Shown one piece after another: positions 25,567 through 35,857 of a DNA stretch of 61,275 nucleotides. The notes beneath the pieces were generated by a model, which worked only from the letters and a program-made list of their open reading frames with translations, did no database searches and had not been told where the DNA came from. Both the position numbers and the translations under genes were made by a program. This DNA is from Bacteroidota bacterium (GTDB lineage: Bacteria; Bacteroidota; Bacteroidia; 2-12-FULL-35-15), in the NCBI GenBank assembly GCA_947447995.1, contig CANFLQ010000005.1:1-61275 (forward strand). Direction: 5' to 3'. How positions within the stretch are numbered: the first letter of the stretch is position 1; each line of letters begins with the position of its first letter.

Positions 25567-26328
25567 TTAAACATACCCTACAATCTTGTAAGTAATATAA
25601 CCAACAATTTCATGTATCACGTTACTGAAATCATAAACTGCTGAAACATCGGGAATAAATAAATGATCGAACTCAAATTTTCTAGGACCAGCATATCTAT
25701 CGGTACTATAAGGTTCTGTTATTAAACCTGCTTTATTAAAGCAACCTAAACTTCTACGCATGTGAAATGCTGAAGTAATCAATAAAAAATTGCCTTTTAC
25801 ATTTTCTTTTTCAAAAAGAGCTTTTGTAAATTCCGCATTTTCATGCGTATTTTTAGACTCCGATTCTATTAAAAAATCAGTTTCAGGAATCCCTAAAGTT
25901 AACAAATAGCGTTTAACAAAATATCCTTCTTTTTGTTCCTGATGCAATATACTTCCAGAACCTCCTGTAATAAATATTTTTTTGATATAACCACGTTTAT
26001 ATAATTCTATTGCCTGTAACAAACGGTCTGCTCCCCTATAAAATTGAAGCCTGTCAAGTTTTTCATCATAGGTCATCATTCCGCCTAAAACTATACCTGC
26101 ATCGTATTTTTTTAAGGATGGATATGACCTTGCAGGTATTTCCCAAATTCGAGCACATTCTTCAAATATAAATTTGTTTGAAAAAAAAAGAGTAAAACAT
26201 AAAGCAGCTATTAAACTTTTTTTTCTTGCTTTTTCATTTTTAGATATTATCGCAAATATTAGTAATAAAATTAACCAAAATTGTGGCGTTATAACAAACT
26301 GAAGTATTTTAGAAAGGATAAAAAACAT
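25567..26328 (-). CDS. YdcF/ElyC family (DUF218) membrane-anchored protein
   Basis: N-terminal TM segments, IVLGGM, RLLQAIELYK, IFITGG, ESESKNTHENA, ITSAFHMRRS motifs. Confidence 0.88.
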   Translation of the reverse strand: MFFILSKILQFVITPQFWLILLLIFAIISKNEKARKKSLIAALCFTLFFSNKFIFEECARIWEIPARSYPSLKKYDAGIVLGGMMTYDEKLDRLQFYRGADRLLQAIELYKRGYIKKIFITGGSGSILHQEQKEGYFVKRYLLTLGIPETDFLIESESKNTHENAEFTKALFEKENVKGNFLLITSAFHMRRSLGCFNKAGLITEPYSTDRYAGPRKFEFDHLFIPDVSAVYDFSNVIHEIVGYITYKIVGYV

Positions 26329-26365
26329 CGTTAAAATTTTAAGGCAAAAATAGTCAATATTTTAA

Positions 26366-26482
26366 TAGTTATTAGTGAATAATTATTAGAGTTAAGTACC
26401 ACTTATTGATACTGAGTAAGGTGGAATCGAAAATAAGTTACTCCTAAGTATCTTCCTAATAACTAACAACTAACCACTAATT
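26366..26482. repeat. Inverted pair of family-3 arms between divergent genes
   Basis: tagttattag (26366-26375) pairs perfectly with ctaataacta (26456-26465). The right arm continues actaaca actaacc actaatt. Confidence 0.7.
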
Positions 26483-26497
26483 GATTATATTTACATC

Positions 26498-27562
26498 ATG
26501 TTTAAGTCCGCATTAAAAACATTTTCCCAATTACTACTTTTAGTAATCATGCTTTACGGCTTAATTGAATACCAAATGGTAATTTATGGCATTTACCAAG
26601 GTAAAGGACAGTTATCTATTATACTAAATACTAAACCTATTAACGATGTTTTAAAGGATCGAAATTTTCCTGATTCTTTAAAACAAAAATTAAAATTAAT
26701 TCAGGGAATAAAGCAATTTACGGTGGATAGCATTGGCTTTCGTCCAAGCAATAATTATACTACATTATATCAACAAAACAAGCAAGCTATTTTGAGAGTA
26801 GTTTCAGCTTGCGAACCTTATACTTTTCAGGCAAAGGAATGGACATTCCCTATTTTAGGAACCGTATCATACAAAGGATTTTTCAACAAAATAGAAGCAC
26901 GAAAAGAAATTTACGCATTACAATTAAAAGGCTACGATGTAGATGTATATAGCCCTTCTGGTTGGTCAACACTTGGTTGGTTAAATGACCCAATCCTTTC
27001 TAACATGTTATACAAAAATGATGGACAGCTTGCTAATCTTATTATTCACGAACTTACACACAGTACATTATATGTAAAAAGCAACGTAACTTTTAATGAA
27101 AACTTAGCTAATTTTATAGGAGAAAAAGGAGCGGAAAAATTTTTAATGTATAAGTATGGCACTCAATCGCTCCAATACCTTAATTACCAATACAGCAAAA
27201 AGGATGATGAAATTTTTAAAGATTATATTTTAAAAAGCAAAGACATATTGGATAGCTTATATACAAGCCTTAAACCAGAAAAAAATGAGGGTATAAAAAA
27301 ACAAAAGAAAATGTTATTACTTACCAGTATAGTGAAAGGTGTAAATAAACTACCATTACATAAAAAACAAGTTTATTTCAATTATTCTCTACAAATTTTT
27401 AAAGAGAAAAACGCCTTTTTTATGGCTTTTAGCCGTTATGATTCTCAATACGATATTTTTGAAAAAGAATTTAAAGAACAGTACCAATCCAACCTACCTA
27501 AATATATGAGTTATTTAAAGAAAAAATATCCAACTAATTTACCTACAGCTAATGCTCTATGA
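26498..27562 (+). CDS. Putative zinc aminopeptidase (HExxH gluzincin-like)
   Basis: [34 protein letters not shown]...FNENLANF motifs and an N-terminal anchor. Confidence 0.82.
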   Translation: MFKSALKTFSQLLLLVIMLYGLIEYQMVIYGIYQGKGQLSIILNTKPINDVLKDRNFPDSLKQKLKLIQGIKQFTVDSIGFRPSNNYTTLYQQNKQAILRVVSACEPYTFQAKEWTFPILGTVSYKGFFNKIEARKEIYALQLKGYDVDVYSPSGWSTLGWLNDPILSNMLYKNDGQLANLIIHELTHSTLYVKSNVTFNENLANFIGEKGAEKFLMYKYGTQSLQYLNYQYSKKDDEIFKDYILKSKDILDSLYTSLKPEKNEGIKKQKKMLLLTSIVKGVNKLPLHKKQVYFNYSLQIFKEKNAFFMAFSRYDSQYDIFEKEFKEQYQSNLPKYMSYLKKKYPTNLPTANAL

Positions 27563-28086
27563 CTAATCTTATTTTTTTCAATTAAGTCCATTTCGGCAAA
27601 GGTTGTATTATAGCCATTAGGTACAAAAATTGGATCGTAACCAAACCCTTTTACTCCTCTCTTAACATCTATAATAACTCCATTTACAATTCCTTCAAAC
27701 TGAGTTTCTTTACCGTCAATAATCAACGATATAACCGTTTTAAAACGAGCGTTTCTATTACTTATACCTTTAAGTTCATTCAATAATTTATTCATATTAT
27801 CATCTGCATTTTTGCTTTCTCCAGCATAACGTGCTGATAATACACCTGGTTTACCATCTAATGCTTCAACTTCCAATCCTGTATCATCTGCAAAACAATT
27901 AAAATGATAATTGTTATATATATAAAATGCTTTTTGTGAAGCATTTTTTTCAATAGTAGGCTCTGTTTCAGGAATTTCTTCCAAACAGTTAATATCCTTT
28001 AAACTCAGCAATTGTATATCAGAGGATATTAACTCCTGTATTTCATTTACCTTATTTTTATTTGCTGTAGCGAATACTAATTTCAT
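27511..28086 (-). CDS. rdgB: Non-canonical purine NTP pyrophosphatase (HAM1/RdgB)
   Basis: [48 protein letters not shown] motifs. Confidence 0.95.
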   Translation of the reverse strand: MKLVFATANKNKVNEIQELISSDIQLLSLKDINCLEEIPETEPTIEKNASQKAFYIYNNYHFNCFADDTGLEVEALDGKPGVLSARYAGESKNADDNMNKLLNELKGISNRNARFKTVISLIIDGKETQFEGIVNGVIIDVKRGVKGFGYDPIFVPNGYNTTFAEMDLIEKNKISHRALAVGKLVGYFFFK

Positions 28087-28092
28087 ATTTTA

Positions 28093-28206
28093 TTGATGTG
28101 CTTTTGTTAATGTGCTGATTTATTGATGTGCTGATTATCGATTAATTAATTTGCTGATTAATCGGTTGCTAAAACTTTAAACATTTGAACTCTCTAACGT
28201 TGAACT
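28093..28206. repeat. Composite array: family-2 arm (28093-28160) plus family-1 arm (28171-28206)
   Basis: ttgatgtgct...atgtgctgatt x2...ttgctgatt, then aaactttaaacatttgaactctctaacgttgaact. It fills the whole gap between the PKD stop and the rdgB start. Confidence 0.8.
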
Positions 28207-31200
28207 AATTTATAACAAACCGCTTTACAAACCTTTGTCCATCGTATACTACAACAAAAGAATAAACTCCTTTTTCTATTCCTTTTAAATTAACCGTAAT
28301 TAACTGAAGTCCTTCAGCAACAGTTCCTGAATGCACTAATCCCAAGGATTGTCCTCTGCTATTATAAACAGTAACATCTAAATTATTAGTAGCCGGAATT
28401 AATACGGGTAAAGTTAGTACTTCCCCTGCTGGTACAGGGTAAGGAGCTAACACTTCAAAAGTAGATTTATCAATAGCTGTACAACTTTCGTTATCTGATG
28501 AATCTGAATCATTTATATTGTTAGGTTTTACAGCCGATACACAAACAAAACGCTTTGAATCTTTCATATAAATAGACGTAGTTATTGTATCTAATACTAC
28601 TCCTCCCCTTAACAATAATCCTGTCCAATGCTCTTTTAAAGCTGTACCATCGTTAATTTTTATTGTAATATCTAATGATGTAACATCAACTGTTCCTTTA
28701 TTTACCAATAAAGCTTGTACTGTCATAAATTGATTATTAAGTAGTGTTGTTACACTCTGAACGGCAATATTTACAATAGGTAGTAGCACTTCAATTGTTT
28801 GTATGCTAGTATCGGCACAACCGTACTGGCTTATTGCTATTAATGACACCTTATAGCTTCCTGTATCAGTATAAACGGTATGTGTATTTTGCAAAGTATC
28901 GGTATTCGTATTGCCTAGTGCCCAAGTATATTTAACTGCACCTAAACTAGTATTGATAAAATTAACATTTAATGGAGGTGCTCCATTATTAGGAGTTGCT
29001 GTGTAAGTAGCAACAGGTGTTGAACGTACAACAATAGTTTTAGAAATTGAATCTTTACAGCCTTGATTGGAAGTAACTAGTAATTTTACTTGTGGAGTAA
29101 CGGCGGTAATAAAAGTGTACGCATTATTTTTTACTATGGATGTAGCCCCTCCTGCACCATACGTCCACAGCCTATTTGCTATACTTCCAGACGAAATAAG
29201 TGAGGTGTCAGAAAAAATTGCAGGCAATCCAACGCATACATTACCTACAGTATATAACGCTTTTGGCAAAGGATTTATAGTTAACGTTTGAGTGTTAATA
29301 TTGCTACAGCCATTATTGGCAGTTATTGTATGCGTTAAAATATATTTACCACTGGCAGCGTAGGTATGAATAGGATTTATTAATGGTGTAATTGCACTAT
29401 TATCACCAAAGTCCCATGCTCCAAATTGTATTGCCATGGTTGGCAATACAGTAGTAATATCCGTAAATATTATTGCTTGTTTTTCGCAAAGCAAGGATGT
29501 TGAATACTTAGTAACCGGAGAAGGTTGTATAAGGACTTGTTTATTAATAGTTGTAATACAACCAAAAGTATTTTGAATTGTTAAGGATACTGTATATGTT
29601 GCTGCATTTGCATAAAAATGTTTAGGGTTTTGAAGATTTGAGATAAAACCAGGGCCTGCAAATGGTTCACCAAAACTCCATCCCCATTGTGTTATTGGAT
29701 AACCATAAGTGGCGGCTGTACCGTTAAATAAAACGCTATCCCTTTCACATAAATTACTTACAATAAAATTGGGTTGAGGATATGGTGCAATAGTAACCTT
29801 TTTTGACAATGAAGCAGAACAACCCACATTGCTTATTACTGTAAGTTTAGCTGTATAAGATCCTGTGTCTGCGTAAGTATATGAAGGCGATGAGATATTT
29901 GAAGTAAGTGATGCGTCACCAAAATCCCAAATCCTAGAAACTATGCTATTACCTAAAGGGGGACTAGAAGCATCTGTAAATTGAGTAGTACTACCAATAC
30001 ATGTTGTTGGTGTTATTGAAAAATTGGCTGTTGGCGCTACTCCAGAAATTCCAATATTAACAGTATCTTTTTTTATACAGCCATTAATACTTGTTGCCGT
30101 TACGGAATATTGCCCTGCTACTGAAACAGGTAACGAACTATTGGTAGATCCATCCGACCAAACATAAGATGCAGCTTGCATAGCACCTGATTTTAAAAAG
30201 ATAGGATTGCCAGCACAAAAATTAGTATCGGGACCAAGGGAGGCTGTAATAGGGAAATTATCCCGCAACACATCTATAGTGTCGGAATGTATACAACTAT
30301 TGGCATCTTTAATTTTTACAAAATATTGTCCTGACTGAGTAATTGTGTATACACTATCAACAGAATTGTCTTGCCATTGAAATGTATATAATGATTTTGG
30401 ATATTTTGTGTTCCACACTATTGATTTCCCAAAACAAAAAACAGTTGTTTTGGGAATATTTATATCAAAAGGAAGTGAAACTATAATTGTATCGCTTGAA
30501 GAATATCCAAACTGATCTACTACATCTACCCAATATTTGCCACTTTTTGAAATATTTATAGTAGGTGTTGTTTCACCAGTTGACCATAAATAGGAAGAAT
30601 AACTATATTTAGATTTGATATTTAATATACTACAAAAAGAATTATTTGGCAAAATGGTATCATTTCCTAAATTAACAGGGGGAGAATACTTTAATCGCAA
30701 ATAATTTTCAACACGTTCACGATCTATTTTAGATAAGCTTTTATCATAAATTATAAACTCTGCAATTTGAAATTTTGCATAAAAGCTACCAAAACTACTT
30801 GCGTACCTGCCTAATGCTTGTTGAATTCCAGGAGAAACAGGCAATTGGGCATTACCTGCACTCGTTGTAATATCTGTGCCATTTTTCCAAACCTGACTTG
30901 CCGAATTAATACCATTTATTGATATGAAAGCCCAATTATTTAATGTTAACAAGTCCCTATCAACAACATAATTAGATCCACTATTTTTTTGAATTCTTAA
31001 TCCGCCATTTAATTGTGATGTTAATTCCAAATTCAAATAACCAGCATTTGAACCAAAAATACCTCCATTTTTACTTTCCTTTAATTTTACAAGTGCGAAT
31101 ATGGAAAGACTAGATAAGTTATCTAACAACCCTGAAGGCATTAACATAAATGAATTACTGCCATTAAATTCCAAAACAGGTTTTCCATTTATTACATTTG

Positions 31201-31441
31201 AAATAACCAATGGCTGATTTAAGGATACAGGTTGTATAGCACTATTATTGTTCCCGCTTAAATCACCCCATTGAGCAACAGCACCTCCCGATTGGTTAAC
31301 TAAAGTATCGGAGCTTAACCATATTTTTAATCCAGAAATATTAGAAGGGGTAAAGCTACTTTGAGCGTTTAATTGAATTGGAAACACTAAGATCAATATA
31401 ATCCAAAGTATTATATGAAAGTATAGATTAAATTTTCTCAT
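28205..31441 (-). CDS. Large secreted PKD-repeat protein with an N-terminal LamG-like domain and a T9SS type-A-like C-terminal domain
   Basis: Signal peptide. LKIWLSSD...QWGDLSGN LamG-like module, YLWSTGETT and WDFGD PKD repeats, C-terminal PYPVPA...VYNSRGQ...KGVY...KRFVIN. Confidence 0.82.
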   Translation of the reverse strand: MRKFNLYFHIILWIILILVFPIQLNAQSSFTPSNISGLKIWLSSDTLVNQSGGAVAQWGDLSGNNNSAIQPVSLNQPLVISNVINGKPVLEFNGSNSFMLMPSGLLDNLSSLSIFALVKLKESKNGGIFGSNAGYLNLELTSQLNGGLRIQKNSGSNYVVDRDLLTLNNWAFISINGINSASQVWKNGTDITTSAGNAQLPVSPGIQQALGRYASSFGSFYAKFQIAEFIIYDKSLSKIDRERVENYLRLKYSPPVNLGNDTILPNNSFCSILNIKSKYSYSSYLWSTGETTPTINISKSGKYWVDVVDQFGYSSSDTIIVSLPFDINIPKTTVFCFGKSIVWNTKYPKSLYTFQWQDNSVDSVYTITQSGQYFVKIKDANSCIHSDTIDVLRDNFPITASLGPDTNFCAGNPIFLKSGAMQAASYVWSDGSTNSSLPVSVAGQYSVTATSINGCIKKDTVNIGISGVAPTANFSITPTTCIGSTTQFTDASSPPLGNSIVSRIWDFGDASLTSNISSPSYTYADTGSYTAKLTVISNVGCSASLSKKVTIAPYPQPNFIVSNLCERDSVLFNGTAATYGYPITQWGWSFGEPFAGPGFISNLQNPKHFYANAATYTVSLTIQNTFGCITTINKQVLIQPSPVTKYSTSLLCEKQAIIFTDITTVLPTMAIQFGAWDFGDNSAITPLINPIHTYAASGKYILTHTITANNGCSNINTQTLTINPLPKALYTVGNVCVGLPAIFSDTSLISSGSIANRLWTYGAGGATSIVKNNAYTFITAVTPQVKLLVTSNQGCKDSISKTIVVRSTPVATYTATPNNGAPPLNVNFINTSLGAVKYTWALGNTNTDTLQNTHTVYTDTGSYKVSLIAISQYGCADTSIQTIEVLLPIVNIAVQSVTTLLNNQFMTVQALLVNKGTVDVTSLDITIKINDGTALKEHWTGLLLRGGVVLDTITTSIYMKDSKRFVCVSAVKPNNINDSDSSDNESCTAIDKSTFEVLAPYPVPAGEVLTLPVLIPATNNLDVTVYNSRGQSLGLVHSGTVAEGLQLITVNLKGIEKGVYSFVVVYDGQRFVKRFVIN

Positions 31442-31532
31442 ACGTGATTAAAATAATTTAACAGTATAAAATAATAGAATTTTAAAAACTACAAAATTGC
31501 TTTATAGATACGTTAAAAATTGGCATAAGTTA

Positions 31533-31540
31533 CAAAAATA
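31533..31540 (-). promoter_or_regulatory. Possible -7 element (TATTTTTG) for the PKD gene
   Basis: TAnnTTTG on the minus strand about 90 bp upstream, in AT-rich context where chance matches are possible. Confidence 0.35.
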
Positions 31541-31647
31541 CACTCTGTTTTTTATAAAATAGTTTTTAGCTAAAGCTTCTCGCTTTTTTATATAGATTTA
31601 TTACCTTTACGCGTATTTCAGACAGAACCAAATTTTAATAAACACCA

Positions 31648-32526
31648 TTGGATAGGTTTAACAATAAAACTAATATAGATTCTCAACAAGATGAGTGGAC
31701 GGAAATAATTACGCCTAAAAATGGTTTATTTGACTTACATCTTAATGAAATTTGGCGTTACCGCGACTTACTAATGCTTTTTGTAAAAAGAGATTTTGTA
31801 TCTACATATAAACAAACAATACTTGGTCCTCTTTGGTTTTTTATTGCACCCATACTTACAACTATTACTTTTACAATAGTATTTGGCAATATAGCCCATC
31901 TTTCAACTGAAAAAAAGCCTCCCGTAATTTTTTACATGTGTGGTATTATTGCTTGGAATTACTTTGCTACCTGTTTAACAAGCACATCAACTACTTTTAG
32001 AGACAACGCAACTATTTTTGGTAAAGTTTATTTCCCTCGCCTTATTATACCATTATCAGTTATCATTACTAACCTTGTAAAATTTGCTATTCAATTTTTA
32101 CTATTAATTTGCGTTTGGTTGTATTTTTTAAAACAAGGAACTATTTCAAATCCTAGTAAAAGCCTACTTATACTGCCACTTTTAGTTATTTTAATGGCAG
32201 GATTAGGACTTGGAGCTGGAATGATTATATCCTCACTAACAACTAAATATCGCGACTTAATTTTTCTACTTCAATTTGGAATACAACTACTAATGTATAC
32301 TACCCCCATTATTTACCCTTTGTCATCTATACCAACAAAATATCAATGGATTATAATTGCCAACCCAATGACTGCCATTATAGAATCGTTCAGGCATGCT
32401 TTTTTAGGAAATGACAACTTTTTACCTTTTAATTTATTTTATAGTGCAGGTTGTATGATTTTACTATTATTCATAGGAATTATTATTTTTAATAAAACAG
32501 AAAAAACATTTATTGATACTGTTTAG
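31648..32526 (+). CDS. wzm: ABC-2 polysaccharide transporter permease
   Basis: IWRYRDLLMLFVKRDFVSTYKQTILGPLW, FGKVYFPR, YRDL, YTTPIIYP, NPMTAIIESFR motifs. Confidence 0.92.
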   Translation: MDRFNNKTNIDSQQDEWTEIITPKNGLFDLHLNEIWRYRDLLMLFVKRDFVSTYKQTILGPLWFFIAPILTTITFTIVFGNIAHLSTEKKPPVIFYMCGIIAWNYFATCLTSTSTTFRDNATIFGKVYFPRLIIPLSVIITNLVKFAIQFLLLICVWLYFLKQGTISNPSKSLLILPLLVILMAGLGLGAGMIISSLTTKYRDLIFLLQFGIQLLMYTTPIIYPLSSIPTKYQWIIIANPMTAIIESFRHAFLGNDNFLPFNLFYSAGCMILLLFIGIIIFNKTEKTFIDTV

Positions 32527-32625
32527 ACAATATATAGTTTTTTATAAACTATATTCATTTAAGCAGGAAACAATACAAATCAATAAAAAATTATTTAATT
32601 CTTATTAAATTACAAAACTTGCTAA

Positions 32626-33906
32626 ATGAGTAATGTTGTAATACGTGTGGAAAACATTTCGAAGCAATACCGGCTTGGATTAATTGGCAGTGGTTCTTTA
32701 CAGGATGATTTCAAACGAAAAATAGCTGCAATACGTGGCAAAGAAGACCCTTTTTTAAAAATTGGAACTACTAATGACCAAAACAACATAGAAAAATCTG
32801 AATATATTTGGTCACTTAAAAACATAAACTTTGAAGTTAAACAAGGAGAAGTATTAGGTATTATAGGTGCCAATGGAGCTGGCAAATCTACTTTACTTAA
32901 AATATTATCTAAAGTAACAGCCCCAACTACAGGAAGTGTAAAAATCAAGGGTAGAATAGCATCTCTATTAGAAGTAGGAACAGGCTTTCATCCAGAACTA
33001 ACAGGAAAAGAGAATGTTTTTTTAAATGGAGCTATTTTAGGGATGAACAAGTTAGAAATTAGCAAAAAATTTGAAGAAATTGTAGCATTTTCTGGTGTAG
33101 AAAAATACATTAATACTCCTGTTAAACGGTATTCATCAGGCATGTACGTTCGCCTTGCATTTGCAGTTGCAGCTCATTTAGATTCAGAAATATTGATTAT
33201 AGATGAAGTATTAGCTGTTGGCGATTTGGAGTTTCAAAAAAAATGCCTAGGTAAAATGAAAAATATTAGTCAAGAACAAGGAAAAACGGTACTGTTTGTT
33301 AGCCATAACATGACAGCTACAGAAAATTTATGCGATAGCGTTTTAACTTTAAAGAATGGGAATATTATTTATTCTGGTAACACCCAAAAAGGAATATTAG
33401 AATATCTTAATCCCATTAATTATAAACCTACATCTACTTTACAAAATCAAATTAAAAATTTGAACACCGATTCAATATTTGAATTAACTGATGTTAAATT
33501 ATGCCAAAATAATATCGAAGACAATTTCTTATCAAATAAAGAAATTAATTTTTCGATGAAGTATAATTTAAAAAACAATATATTAGGTCTAAGAGTTGGT
33601 TTTGATATAATAGATTCGTTAGGTACTTGCGTTTTTAGAAGTTATCACGACGACCTTTCAGAAAGCATAAACCAATTTAACGCTGGCAGCTACGTTTCAC
33701 AAGGCACTATACCTGCTAACTTATTAAAAAACAGTTCCTACGTTTTAAGTTTATCAATTGGAATACATAATTTGCGATGGATCATTTTTGATAAAATAAA
33801 AATAACATTTCACGTACTTAATCTTCAAGGCATAAACAAATTATATGCGGATGAAAGACCAGGTGTAATAATGCCTAAAATAGTTTGGCAAACATTTTCA
33901 ATATAA
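32626..33906 (+). CDS. wzt: ABC polysaccharide transporter ATPase with C-terminal Wzt_C extension
   Basis: GANGAGKST, LLEVGTGFHPELTG, YSSGMYVRLAF, IIDEVLAVGD, VSH, plus about 150 aa of beta-rich C-terminal domain. Confidence 0.93.
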   Translation: MSNVVIRVENISKQYRLGLIGSGSLQDDFKRKIAAIRGKEDPFLKIGTTNDQNNIEKSEYIWSLKNINFEVKQGEVLGIIGANGAGKSTLLKILSKVTAPTTGSVKIKGRIASLLEVGTGFHPELTGKENVFLNGAILGMNKLEISKKFEEIVAFSGVEKYINTPVKRYSSGMYVRLAFAVAAHLDSEILIIDEVLAVGDLEFQKKCLGKMKNISQEQGKTVLFVSHNMTATENLCDSVLTLKNGNIIYSGNTQKGILEYLNPINYKPTSTLQNQIKNLNTDSIFELTDVKLCQNNIEDNFLSNKEINFSMKYNLKNNILGLRVGFDIIDSLGTCVFRSYHDDLSESINQFNAGSYVSQGTIPANLLKNSSYVLSLSIGIHNLRWIIFDKIKITFHVLNLQGINKLYADERPGVIMPKIVWQTFSI

Positions 33907-33912
33907 TACACA

Positions 33913-34710
33913 ATGAAAAAAATATTTCATAAAATATTGAATCGCTTTAATTACATCCTCATAAGAAAAAATGAGTTTGCTTTATTGGTTGACAAAAATA
34001 ATTTTATCCTAAAAAATAATAATGATTACCTCTTATTTATTTTAAAAAATTTGAAAGTTAATTTAGATTTAATAGCCTTTTGTATCCATAAATCACAATC
34101 TCAAATAAGACAAGATATTTTTGTATTAGCAAAGCTAAATTTTAAAAAAAATGGTTTTTTTGTAGAATTTGGAGCCACCAATGGTGTTAATTTAAGTAAT
34201 ACTTATCTATTAGAAAAGCATTTTGATTGGAAGGGAATACTTGCTGAACCAGCCAAAATATGGCATACTGATTTAAAAACAAATAGAAATTGTAATATTG
34301 AAACAAAATGTGTGTGGCCAAAGTCAGCTGATTTTTTGCAATTTAATGAAGTAAAAAGCCCCGAACTATCCACAATTGTTAATTTCAATAAAACCGACAA
34401 TCACTCCAAGGAAAGAGAACAGGGTATCGTTTATGATGTTGAATCAATATCACTGAATGATTTGCTATCTAAATATAACGCACCCTCTATTATTGATTAC
34501 CTATCTATAGATACTGAAGGAAGCGAGCTATCAATCTTAGCATCAACCAATTTTAGTAAATACATATTTAAAATTATTACTTGCGAACATAATTTTACCG
34601 AAAACAGAGAGAAAATATACGATTTACTTACTAAAAATGGATATAAAAGAATTTTTGAAGAATACTCACAATTTGATGATTGGTATATACATAGTGAAAG
34701 TTTTAAATAG
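33913..34710 (+). CDS. FkbM-family methyltransferase
   Basis: FFVEFGATNG...SNT, GILAEP, SISLNDLL, IDYLSIDTEGSELSIL motifs. Confidence 0.88.
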   Translation: MKKIFHKILNRFNYILIRKNEFALLVDKNNFILKNNNDYLLFILKNLKVNLDLIAFCIHKSQSQIRQDIFVLAKLNFKKNGFFVEFGATNGVNLSNTYLLEKHFDWKGILAEPAKIWHTDLKTNRNCNIETKCVWPKSADFLQFNEVKSPELSTIVNFNKTDNHSKEREQGIVYDVESISLNDLLSKYNAPSIIDYLSIDTEGSELSILASTNFSKYIFKIITCEHNFTENREKIYDLLTKNGYKRIFEEYSQFDDWYIHSESFK

Positions 34711-34744
34711 GGTTGTTATAATTAATCACAAATAAATTCTAACA

Positions 34745-35857
34745 ATGAAAATATTATTAGGATACAGTTATTACCCATACCCCTATGATGTAAAATTGAA
34801 AGTGGAAAAATGGATTTCACGATTAAATAAATTTGGTTTTAATGTTGAGCTCTACCCTTTAACAATAGACCCTCCTAACCACCCTTATTATTGGAAAAAG
34901 CTTGACAGGCTATGGAAACTAGGCGACTATAAATTACTAAATCATTATGAAAAACTAGCACTAAAACTTGAAAATTTTGACGTTTTTTTAAATTGGAATG
35001 GAATTAATATTCACCCTGATTTTATACAACAACTAAAAACATTTAATATTTACGGATGTTTTGATGACCCTGAATCCAGTGAAAAATTATCCAAGCCAGT
35101 TGCTGCGGCCTATGATCTTTCACTTATAGGAAATATAGCAGAAATTGAAACCTATAAGTCCTGGGGGGTAAAAGATGTGCGATTTTGGCCTATAGGATTT
35201 ATGGAAGATGAATATGACCCAACACTAACAGAGGAAAAAATTTTAAATACAAATCGACCATTTCAAGTTGGTATGCTATGTGAAAAAAAATACAATGAAA
35301 ATAGGATTAAACGATTAAATAAATATTCAGCTGCATACCCCGAAGGTCAATTTTATGGAGCAGGATGGGAAAAGGGGTTTTTAAAAGAAGAAGATAAAAT
35401 TTCATTCTATCTGAATACTAAAATAGGGCCTAATTTTCATAATTCTACTGGACCAATCAATTATCGTTTATACACATTACCCGCAAACGGGGTAATGCAA
35501 ATTTGTGACAATAAACGTTTTTTAGGAGAAATATTTGAACTTGGAAAAGAAGTTATTGGATTTAATACCATTGAAGAGGCTATAGAGTTAACAAATTATT
35601 ATTTAAACCATGATGATGAACGAAAAAAAATAGCCATTGCTGGTTGGAAAAGAGTTTTAAAGGATTACAATGAATATTCGGTATTTAATTTGGTAGAAAA
35701 ATATGTAAATGAATTAAAACCTAAATTAACACCTCAATTTAAGTCAAAAGCTGTAATACAATTTTTAGCTGAACACCGCCGAAAAACCGTTTTTGAAAGG
35801 ACAACTTTCACAATTAAAAACAAAATAAAAAAAATAGATATTCCTGAAAATGAATAA
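34745..35857 (+). CDS. Glycosyltransferase (CgeB/Glyco_trans_1_2-like)
   Basis: NYRLYTLPANG...ICDN...FELGKEVI...YYLNHDDERKKIAIAG C-terminal pattern. Confidence 0.75.
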   Translation: MKILLGYSYYPYPYDVKLKVEKWISRLNKFGFNVELYPLTIDPPNHPYYWKKLDRLWKLGDYKLLNHYEKLALKLENFDVFLNWNGINIHPDFIQQLKTFNIYGCFDDPESSEKLSKPVAAAYDLSLIGNIAEIETYKSWGVKDVRFWPIGFMEDEYDPTLTEEKILNTNRPFQVGMLCEKKYNENRIKRLNKYSAAYPEGQFYGAGWEKGFLKEEDKISFYLNTKIGPNFHNSTGPINYRLYTLPANGVMQICDNKRFLGEIFELGKEVIGFNTIEEAIELTNYYLNHDDERKKIAIAGWKRVLKDYNEYSVFNLVEKYVNELKPKLTPQFKSKAVIQFLAEHRRKTVFERTTFTIKNKIKKIDIPENE

